A stretch of DNA of 60,744 nucleotides, the filler included, from Dugesia japonica (Eukaryota), in the NCBI GenBank assembly GCA_001938525.1. It is 6 parts of 6 records of this genome, joined end to end, with 100 filler letters (N's around TTAATTAATTAA, not from the genome) between each part and the next. Parts side by side here need not be neighbours in the genome. Positions count along the whole stretch, not along the records: positions 50,430 to 60,744 come from MQRL01629449.1; 5 more parts are not named here. One strand, written 5' to 3'. Of this stretch, positions 51,195 through 60,744 are shown one piece after another (position 1 is the stretch's first letter; every line of letters starts with the position of its first letter). The notes beneath the pieces were generated by a model. It was not told the DNA's origin. It worked only from the letters and a program-made list of their open reading frames with translations, and did not search any database. A program made the translations under genes and the position numbers.

Positions 51195-52230
51195 AATATG
51201 GCGACCAACGTGTCATTGGATTTGTTAAAGTAAGCAATACACCCTGGAATTTTCAAATGGCGAAGCTCCGACCAAAGTCGTGATCAAAGAAACTGGAGCT
51301 AGTGTTAAAATGATGAGTTTGAAAATTTTTGAAAGATTAAGAAAAGTCAATATATTAAAAGTGAAGACAATTTAAGATATGTCAATAATAGTCTACTCGA
51401 AATCGTAGGTACGATAAAAGTAAAAGTGGCATTTGAAAATAAATGCAAAACAGTTAAATTCATTGTGGTGAAACATATACATCCAAATATAATAAGAGGA
51501 ATATAATTACAGAGGAATATAATTTGAATTCCAACTACTGAGAGAGATAAAATGTAAGGATAATAAAATTTATCTTTGCAATCTAGAAACAAAATATGGA
51601 CGCAATACAATGCATGATAAGATAGTACAGAGAGCAGTAAAAATATTGATTAATAAACCAAATGAGAATTTAGAGAAAATTACAGTGATTCATACAGGAA
51701 TATTTATGTCAGGCAACTGGAATATTGGAAGAACAATAACAGAACATCAAATAATCACAAATGAAAAACCAACAAATACTATAGAGACAACCAATGCATT
51801 TAGAAAATAAGATAGATGAAGTTATCAAGAATTTGTATGACAATGGCAGTATTAGGAAATGTAATTCTCAATGGAACAATCCTTTAATATGTGTTAATAA
51901 AAGAAAGAAGAGATGTTAAATTATGTCTAGACTTTAGAAAACTGAATNCAATCACAGAAAGACAGGCATTTCCAATGTCTAATGTAGAGGAAATACTTGA
52001 CAATTTGAGAGGTGCAAGATATTTTAGTACTATTGATCTAACTAATACATAGTATCAAGTTCATTTACATAAAGATTCACAAGAGAAAACAGAATTTTCT
52101 ACGAAAAATGGACAGAATTGTTTTACAAGAATGCCTTTTGATATAGCTGCAGCACCTGGGACGTTTCAAGAATTAATGAAAAAAGTTTTAGGAAGATTGA
52201 GAGGAACGATGAGATACATAGATGATTTAT
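51195..52230 (+). mobile_element. Decayed Gypsy protease-RT
   Basis: PBS-like TGGCGACC at 51199; KCNSQWNNPLIC, LCLDFRKLN, FSTIDLTNT, MPFDIAAAPGTFQ, YIDD. Confidence 0.85.
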
Positions 52231-52583
52231 AATAATATGTATTGTTGTTAATAATTGTAAAACTTAATGTCAGAAGACCCGATCAAGATGTCATTTGATT
52301 TGATAATTATTTTCCCCCCATTGAATTAATAGCTTATATCAAAATGTTGTTTTGATTCTTATTATTTTTTTAGTAGGTATACGAATTTTCGACTATTGTC
52401 TTCTTCAGGAATTGAACTTTTTGATTGATTTAATAATAGAAAACTTTAGCATTTTTTTGAAATTTTCTTTGGATAATTTTAATTTGATTTAATTATTTTT
52501 TGATTAAAATATAACCGTTAAAATTGTTACTTTAATTCTTATACATAATAAGATCCACAGTAATAGTAAATTTATAAATGAAC

Positions 52584-54620
52584 TTAAAAATTCTTTTTTC
52601 TTCTAGCTTCCATTGTCAACATTTCAGTTTCACTATCAGCTGTATGTTTAGAGGCTTTTGAACCAATTTTCACAGTTGCTTGTTTTGGACTTGTAACAGC
52701 CAACGATTTACGTTTTCGATATAGCATTGCTGACATTCTATGTGCAAATCTAGCATGATCCATATGGATCTCACTAGATTGTCGAGGAGCAAGTATATTG
52801 TTTATAGTATCCAATTCATTAATATTAACCTGCCGTTTAGTAGCAGGTTCATTAGTAGTTTCATCAATATTATAAGATTTTAAATTTGCTGACCCATGAC
52901 AACTAGTCAGACCCTCTGGTCTCGCATAATTTTCTAATGTCCAGTTACGAAGTTGAGGCTTTAATTTATTTAAATAATACTCAGCCATTTGAGTTCCAGC
53001 TGGAGCAGTTGTTGCCATATGCATTGTAAGATTCATTTTTTCAAATACTTTCATAATTTTCTCTTCTCTACCTAATGGATCTCTTTGAAGAAACGGTCTT
53101 ACATATAGTTCATCAATATTTGCTAAAAATTCATGAATTGAATTACGACCTTTCATTCCAATAACTTCCTCTATTCCCGCTAGTAAATGATCAATAGCAG
53201 ATTCCGATATTTGTACAAATAAACTCAACTCGTCAGGTTTTGCAATTTGAATATTGAGTAATCTTACCAATGGTTTCATTGTTAAACCCATAAAGAAAAT
53301 TGTGAAAAGAATTATCGACATTGTTGTTTGTTGAATATCAGGAATACTAATCGGAATTGAGTCCTCAATAAGAAATGATAAACAGTATGCAATACCCCCT
53401 CGTAAGCCTCCATAAGCAATTATAAATTGTTCATTCCATGCAATTTTTCTGATGTTAAATTCAAAATAATTGATTAAATAAGACAAAAGAAGAGTAAATA
53501 TAAATCTTCCGTATAGGCATAGAAATAAACTCCAAAATGTAAAATTTGATACAAAATTTGTTTGAGTTTTTGTAACAGAAACTCCGAGATTGATGAAAAT
53601 AACCGCTTCTGATATATTTGATAGAATTTTCGATAAACGTTTTATTAAAATTAAAGATTTTTGAGTAATATTTTGAAATCCATAAGTAGCTTGAAACACT
53701 CCATAAACAATCATACTAATAATTCCTGACCACTTTATCATTCCAGCAAGTAAATATGCAAGATAACCGAAAAATAAAACTAAAATCGGTTCAGTTAAAG
53801 GCGTTTTAAATGTAAATCGAGTAATTAAACAAGTACAGACACTAATTACACATCCTACTAAACCGCCTCCTAAACAAACCAAAAAAAAAGACAGAATTGT
53901 TTTCCCAATATCGTTTGCTGTAATCTTTTCAAGTTTACTTAAAATTATCATCGTTTCATATAAAACAACACTAACTCCATCATTCAATAACGATTCCCCA
54001 AATACCAGATAATAGAGATTATTATCCACATGGATCTCTTGGAAAATAGCTAATACTGCCACAGGATCAACTGCAACAATTAAAGCCGAAAATACCCAAA
54101 ACGTGCTAGTATTAACTGTTGGTGTACTGGAAATTATTGAACTGTAACTTGAAATATATGTCAATCCAAGTCCAATGAAAATAAAATTAAGTATTGTAGC
54201 TATAACAGCAAATACTAAAACTCCAACAATATTTGATGCAAATGTTTTATGGTACATAGCGAAAGAGGCCTCGAGAATTATTGGTGGTAATAAAACATTG
54301 AAAAATCTGTCAGAATCAATTGCGAAAAATTTACCAGTATGATTATCAGAACTTTCAAAAATCCAATTGAAACTCAATCCCAACAAGATTCCACAAAACA
54401 ATAATAAGTTTGATTCTGGTATAATTTTGGCAAACCCTTGGGCCCATGTATACCATACTTTAACGGCGCATATCACTAGAACAAATACACTGAATACTAT
54501 ATAACCAACATTTTCTTTTAAGTGAATAGTAAAAAGAGGAACAGTAGTTTCTTCTTCACTTGAACATGAAGATTCTTTGATATTTAAGGCCGCTACTAAT
54601 ATTAATATCCAATAAATCAT
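52584..54620 (-). CDS. SLC9A: Na+/H+ exchanger (CPA1/SLC9A family), 678 aa, single coding exon
   Basis: Signal peptide; FFNVLLPPII, ALIVAVDPVAVLAIF, LVFGESLLNDGVSVVLY, AYGGLRGGIAY; CHP-binding-like AIDHLLAGIEEVIG; intact ORF. Confidence 0.96.
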   Translation of the reverse strand: MIYWILILVAALNIKESSCSSEEETTVPLFTIHLKENVGYIVFSVFVLVICAVKVWYTWAQGFAKIIPESNLLLFCGILLGLSFNWIFESSDNHTGKFFAIDSDRFFNVLLPPIILEASFAMYHKTFASNIVGVLVFAVIATILNFIFIGLGLTYISSYSSIISSTPTVNTSTFWVFSALIVAVDPVAVLAIFQEIHVDNNLYYLVFGESLLNDGVSVVLYETMIILSKLEKITANDIGKTILSFFLVCLGGGLVGCVISVCTCLITRFTFKTPLTEPILVLFFGYLAYLLAGMIKWSGIISMIVYGVFQATYGFQNITQKSLILIKRLSKILSNISEAVIFINLGVSVTKTQTNFVSNFTFWSLFLCLYGRFIFTLLLSYLINYFEFNIRKIAWNEQFIIAYGGLRGGIAYCLSFLIEDSIPISIPDIQQTTMSIILFTIFFMGLTMKPLVRLLNIQIAKPDELSLFVQISESAIDHLLAGIEEVIGMKGRNSIHEFLANIDELYVRPFLQRDPLGREEKIMKVFEKMNLTMHMATTAPAGTQMAEYYLNKLKPQLRNWTLENYARPEGLTSCHGSANLKSYNIDETTNEPATKRQVNINELDTINNILAPRQSSEIHMDHARFAHRMSAMLYRKRKSLAVTSPKQATVKIGSKASKHTADSETEMLTMEARRKKNF

Positions 54621-54810
54621 CTAAAATTGTAAATTCTAATATTCTTTTTTTTGTAAAATAACTGGAAATTTATTTGGATATTTTTAATATTGACATAAAA
54701 TTTAAAAATTCAAATTAATGAACAATATTGCGATTTAACGAAATTGAAATCCATTATATAAGATAGGTAGAGTATAAATCTCAGTTAGTATACACATCTA
54801 TTAATTAGTG

Positions 54811-55110
54811 CAGTAGTTCTAGAACATTTTTGGTTCGCGGAGCCTCAAGTATATTAAACTTTTTCCATGGAGTCCAAATCAAAATATTGATCTAATATTA
54901 TATATTTCATTGTTGCTCTTATAATATAAAAAGATTAAATAGTTAATAGTTTTTGTCACAAAAGACTGAAAATAAGTCAATGGATTTTTATTTGTCCTTT
55001 GGATTTGCTACTTTTATAGAAGATGTCTAATATTGGAAAAATCTCACGTTACCTCTGTGACACAAGTATGGCTCTCCAGAGCGCTGCAGCGCACAGTTTG
55101 GGAGCCATTG
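54811..55110. mobile_element. Old hAT-Charlie-type MITE
   Basis: CAGTAGTTCT... and ...GTTTGGGAGCCATTG resemble CAGTGGTTCTCAAAC TIRs; TSD not recognisable. Confidence 0.5.
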
Positions 55111-55172
55111 GAGTTAATATAAATTATATTAACTTCAATGGCTCCCAAAATATAAATTATTTTAATCTAAAC

Positions 55173-55448
55173 CAGTGGTTGGCAGATGATGTATCCAGAA
55201 AAAATTTTGAAAACGAAATTAAAACTTCACAATGCCAAGCCTATACATAGGATTGATTTTCAATCTTAAATAATAAATAATAAGATTTTATTTTTATGAT
55301 TTCTGTCATTTCGTATGTTTCCTAACTTTTTAAAAAGAATTTAAATAAATGTTTTTTGTATCGCTTTAAATTGCGAGAAAATAAATTGATATCGCGATAA
55401 AAAATTTAATTAAGTGTGTTGCGGATTGAAAAAGTTTGCCAACCACTG
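55173..55448. mobile_element. hAT-Charlie-type MITE (276 bp)
   Basis: TIR CAGTGGTTGGCA / TGCCAACCACTG; 8-bp TSD ATCTAAAC vs TTCTAGAC (NTCTAGAN-type target). Confidence 0.8.
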
Positions 55449-56242
55449 TTCTAGACATAATTCGGGTACAAACTTATTTCATCGAGTCAAATTTTGAAAA
55501 TATTTTAACACTAGTGAGGCATTTATTTTTAAAAAAAAGTGTTTTTTCTTTTTATGCAATACATATTTTTCTTCTGTAGTTTAAATTTATTTTAGTTCAT
55601 TTAACAAGAAATTTGACACATTTTATTTCAATATATGGCATATACATATGGAAAATGTTTAAATTTAATTTTTTTTATAAAGAATTTTGTTTTAAGGATC
55701 ATTGTAGTGTATGGTAAAACAAAGTTTTCATTTTATACGATCATATATTTTAAACAAGAAATATTTTTTCACCAAGATTGAATAAAATATATGATTTTAT
55801 GTACTTTGGTACTATTTATACTTTCAATTACTGAAATACTTCGAAAACTTTTAACTTAATTTTATGTTGCATATATAATAAGATGGCGGGTAACTCTAAA
55901 TACGCAATGTTTGCCCATTTTTGTTTAGCTTTGGCAAGATACTCTGAATAGCATGATTGGTAAGATCAATACATCTTCTTTCCGAGTTAATATACTCATG
56001 AATCATCTCAATTTAAACCCACTATTCTCCATTATTATGCCAGCAATCAAAAAAAGTTTATAATACATAAGATTAAAATGATCTATTTAATTTACTAACA
56101 GCAGAAATAAAAGTCTTACATAAAACCACTATAGTTAAGTAATTCAATATGAAATAAAACTCTAACATTTTATTCGAATTCTAATTTATGCGAATTAGTT
56201 AAGTCATCAACAAATAATTTCAATGCTTATAAAATTAGAACA

Positions 56243-56386
56243 GAGTCGAACATCTCCTATACGACACTCTACCTATTCCAACAGTAAGGCAAATCACCTT
56301 TAAAAAAAAACTCTTATAATATCAAACCTCTCTAATCCAACACATTTCCTCGTCCTTTGGGATGTCGAATTAAAAAGGTTCGACTG
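56243..56386. mobile_element. pogo/Tigger-like MITE remnant
   Basis: GAGTCGAACATCTC at the left end and AGGTTCGACTG followed by TA at the right end. Confidence 0.55.
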
Positions 56387-57544
56387 TATAAAATTATACT
56401 CAAACATTTAATTATGCTTCTGAACCCTTGAAATGATGAAGCTAAAATTCTAATGAATCACTATTTTACATGTTTACTTAATTACTTTTAGTTGAAATGC
56501 AAAAACCAACGAAGTTTATAAGCGTATGTTCCAAAGTCATGTTCTTATGAAGATTGAGAATTCTGCTTATACTTCGTGTATATGTATGTCAATTGTAATT
56601 GTTTACGTTTATATAATTTGACGAATAAATTTTCTTTCGTGATAAATGATGTAATAATAATTTAAAAATAGTTAATAATTTTTTTAATAAGTTGGTTATA
56701 TCTCTTGAGAACAGTAATAACTTCAGTGAAAAATTGATAGTACATTTTAATTAACATTTTATCAAGGAATAACTTTTCAATAATTTAACCATAATCCTAA
56801 GTAAGCTAAGTATTGGATGATAAATCTGATAATAGTGCATATAATAGTTGATTAGTCAACAGTCAAGAAGAATTACAGTATAAATGTTATAAAACAAACC
56901 AGGAAAATGAATTCGTTTTATGTACTGAGATTTTAAAAATTCAACACCTTATAACTGTTAGTTCTCGTGGGTAAGGACCAACACAAATTAATACTGACTC
57001 CAATTAATAAAAAAACTATAATTTATTAGGCGTGTTGGTGTTTATTTAGAATTATAAATAATGGTATAATAAATAAAAATGCCAATTTGATTATGATTAA
57101 AATTTATTAATTATAAAATATAAGTGATTTCGATAAAAAAAATACAGCTAAATTAATTCACGTGTAATTTTAGGGGGCTTCTATATATTTTTATGAAGTA
57201 ATAACCGGTACTATACTATTGGTGGGTCTAAAGTCTCTCACCACGTATGAACAAGATGAATTTGTGATTTAAGCGCCTAAGTTTAGGAAAAAATAACAAG
57301 TAAATTAATAACTGAACAAAGTTAGTAATTTACGTAATAATCGAACAATTAACGATATCACAATAGAAACTATTGGATTATTGCAATATAAATTTATGGA
57401 TGATCTACAACGACTAAATGAATATAACTAGTTAAATCAAAAGTTCTAACTTTCATTACAAGTTTATTCAATAAGTTCAAAATATAACTAAATCTCAAAC
57501 CCTCAATATTTAAACAAATATTTAGTTTTTTTTAAATATTCAAC

Positions 57545-60500
57545 TTCTACCCTTCTTTCTAGAATCGGCATCTCTTTAACCATTCGATTCTTCTATATCT
57601 GGAACCTTGTAGAGTTTCTAACCAAACTTGGCGAAGTGTTAGAAATCCAGTAATTTTTTAAGGACCTTCATGGAATAAATCATTCTTCTTTCGTTTTTGA
57701 GGGTCTTTCCTTATTAGCACGTCTTCACCTATTTCGAATTCACAACTAACACTGTTATTTCCTTGATTTATCATTATCTGCGATGCTCGTTTAATATTAT
57801 CGTAAGCTTTATTTATAATTTCGTTCTCTCCAAAGTTGTGTTTCTTATTTGAGTGAATATTTATCTTCCTTCTATAAATGATTTCCATTGGTGATAATCC
57901 TGTTGACTTTAATACAGTACAATTGAATGCAAATTATATTCTAGGAAGAAGCCCATCCAAAGATTTTTCCTCCTCTCCCGCTTTCATTGAAGTCACTATC
58001 AGGCCTCAAACTGTTTTGGTTTCTCGCTCAGCTAATTCATTAGATTTATGTTCGTATGGAGATATAAAGATCCATGAAATATTAAGTTTACTTGCTAGAT
58101 TTTGTAATATTTCCCCTTCAAATACTTTAAAACGCCTTGACACGATTTTTATGGTTTTCCAAAATTTTAATCTAGTAGTTTAATAGAGTGCTTTCACAGC
58201 GGTTTTATTTTGATTGTTTATTAGAGTCATTCTTCTTATACATATCACAATTCCGATTTTCAGTTTTTATTGTATTGACTCCACCGATAAAATTGAAACA
58301 ATGAAGTCGATTTCGTTTAAATAGCTAACATCATGATTTATCATCTTTAAATCTTTATTTCTGTCATCCACACTGTCATCTTCTTCTGAAATGCATTTCA
58401 CATAATTATTGTTATGATATATCTAATTGCTAAGTAATCGACAGTTTCTAAAACTGTGACCCGTTTCTCCAACAATTAGGCAACATGATTTAAAAGGGCA
58501 GTTATTACGTACGTGATCCATCACACCACAGCAAAAGCACGAGTCTTTTTTAATTGTACTTCTTTTGGTAGAGGGAGTCCTTTTGATTTATTGTACAGTT
58601 TCCTTGCAATATTTCTAAATTGACCTTCTCTTCTGTTTTTGGAATTATTAAATTTTCTAGCAATTAAAATTGTTTTTTCAATTTCATTATTCCTGGGTTT
58701 ATGATACTTAGAACCTTTTAAATAAATTTTCTTAATTCTAGGTCTGTAACTTGCAGCTGCCACGTCTGAGTAAGTCAACTGTTTTATATGTGACTCACCA
58801 AAACTTTCATCGTCCTTCTCAAAATTTTCAGCCAACTTCCGCATTTCATCCAGCTTAATTTCTAATTTAAGAGCAAATGATTTTCTTATCTCTACGGAAC
58901 AAAATCTTTTCTTGATTATTTGCTGAGCAATTTCCTCCACAGTTAATCCTGATTCAAATATTTCTTTGAATGATCTTAAAACTCTTAATTCCAAGTTTTC
59001 GAAACGTTCATTTTCTTTTTGTCGAATTCCACTACATTCTTCAATAATTCGGAGAAATGACTTTTCNNNNNNNNNNNNNNNNNNNNNNNNNNNNNNNNNN
59101 NNNNNNNNNNNNNNNNTATGGTTTTCCAAAATTTTAATCTAGTAGTTTAATAGAGTGCTTTCACAGCGGTTTTATTTTGATTGTTTATTACAGTAAGAGT
59201 AATCATTTTACTAAATTCAACATTCTAAAGTCTTGGCGCATTCTGATCGCGCCATTCTTTTTACCAATAATTACCATCGGAAAGTTCCAAGAATTTCTGT
59301 ATTCTTTGATAATATCGCTTTTTATCAGTTGCTCAATCAATTCACCAATCATCTGTTCAAGATGCATTAGTTGAAGTCGAGGTTGTTGTAAAATAGGATC
59401 ACCAACTGCTGAAATAAAATGCTTTACAACATATGTTTTCCAAGATCAAAAGTATCTGCCATAAATATATTTGAGAACATTAAAAACAATTCTTTTAAAT
59501 CATTATCCTCCGATTTAAAGGCTGATAATGCTGCCTTAAAACGATCATTGTCAGTGAAATTGCTGTTAATCTTCTCTGAATCTAATATATTAAGCATTTT
59601 ACATTGAATACTAAATGAATTAAACATATCAATTTCACCAACAAATTCTCGATTTATTTCATCAACAATCACAATGTAAACAATTCTCTTCACATTTCCA
59701 AATTTTATTCCAACTTTTCCAATTTCTGAACAATTCACTGCTTCTTTTGAAAATGCACTACTATATTTAATATTGCATATATCCAAAGGAAACGATCTGC
59801 ACTCTCTTCATAACTTTGTAAGCATCACTGATATTGAAGCATCTGTACCCCACAACATTTTGACCATTTCACCTCTAACTTTGACTATACTTCAAATTCT
59901 TCCACCATTCTTCTTATACATAACACAACTCCGATTTTCAGTTTTTATTGTATTGACTCCACCGATAAAATTGAAATAATGAAGTCGATTTCGTTTAAAT
60001 AGCTAACATCATGATTTATCATCTTTAAATCTTTATTTCTGTCATCCACACTGTCATCTTCTTCTGAAATGCATTTCACATAATTATTGTTATGATATAT
60101 CTAATTGCTAAGTAATCGACAGTTTCTAAAACTGTGACCCGTTTCTCCAACAATTAGGCAACATGATTTAAAAGGGCAGTTATTACGTACGTGATCCATC
60201 ACACCACAGCAAAAGCACGAGTCTTTTTTAATTGTACTTCTTTTGGTAGAGGGAGTCCTTTTGATTTATTGTACAGTTTCCTTGCAATATTTCTAAATTG
60301 ACCTTCTCTTCTGTTTTTGGAATTATTAAATTTTCTAGCAATTAAAATTGTTTTTTCAATTTCATTATTCCTGGGTTTATGATACTTAGAACCTTTTAAA
60401 TAAATTTTCTTAATTCTAGGTCTGTAACTTGCAGCTGCCACGTCTGAGTAAGTCAACTGTTTTATATGTGACTCACCAAAACTTTCATCGTCCTTCTCAA

Positions 60501-60744
60501 AATTTTCAGCCAACTTCCGCATTTCATCCAGCTTAATTTCTAATTTAAGAGCAAATGATTTTCTTATCTCTACGGAACAAAATCTTTTCTTGATTATTTG
60601 CTGAGCAATTTCCTCCACAGTTAATCCTGATTCAAATATTTCTTTGAATGATCTTAAAACTCTTAATTCCAAGTTTTCGAAACGTTCATTTTCTTTTTGT
60701 CGAATTCCACTACATTCTTCAATAATTCGGAGAAATGACTTTTC
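57545..60744 (-). mobile_element. Decayed Gypsy element (gag with two CCHC knuckles, protease, RT start, integrase tail), partly present twice
   Basis: HVRNNCPFKSCCLIVGETGHSFRNC; MLWGTDASISVM; FPMVIIGKKNGAIRMRQDFRMLN; HEGP tail; PPT-like AGAAAGAAGGGTAGAAG near 57545. 58150-59066 duplicates 59117-60744 apart from an internal deletion. Confidence 0.85.

Noticed and set aside
56370-56390. tRNA T-loop-like GGTTCGA
   Set aside because: It is the right TIR of a pogo-like MITE; no cloverleaf. No tRNA or rRNA gene was recognised in the window.

Overview
Very AT-rich eukaryotic (probably invertebrate animal) draft sequence with short 41-74 nt GT-AG introns. It is not one locus. Five identical 100-bp artificial linkers (44N-TTAATTAATTAA-44N) join six unrelated scaffolds: A 1-8305, B 8406-19016, C 19117-27895, D 27996-39240, E 39341-50329, F 50430-60744. 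Host genes: 5' seven exons of BRAP (BRAP2 domain + RING), an intronless SLC9A Na+/H+ exchanger, a Neuralized-like two-NHR gene, and probable 5' micro-exons of a PRMT-like gene. Most of the rest is decayed mobile DNA: many Ty3/Gypsy fragments, a Penelope element split by a 1.57-kb solo LTR with TSD, a hAT-type transposase fossil, a deleted mariner, MITEs and two distinct Polinton/Maverick-type protein-primed PolB fossils. The most unusual signal, missed by the ORF track, is at 37.4-39.2 kb. It is a tandemly duplicated fossil of a fibre-like protein with an intramolecular-chaperone (Peptidase_S74/ICA) domain, each copy preceded by a 21-bp palindromic minisatellite, one of which reads as a coiled-coil heptad (EIDLLKS)n. 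All family calls come from motif recognition by eye; no searches were run.
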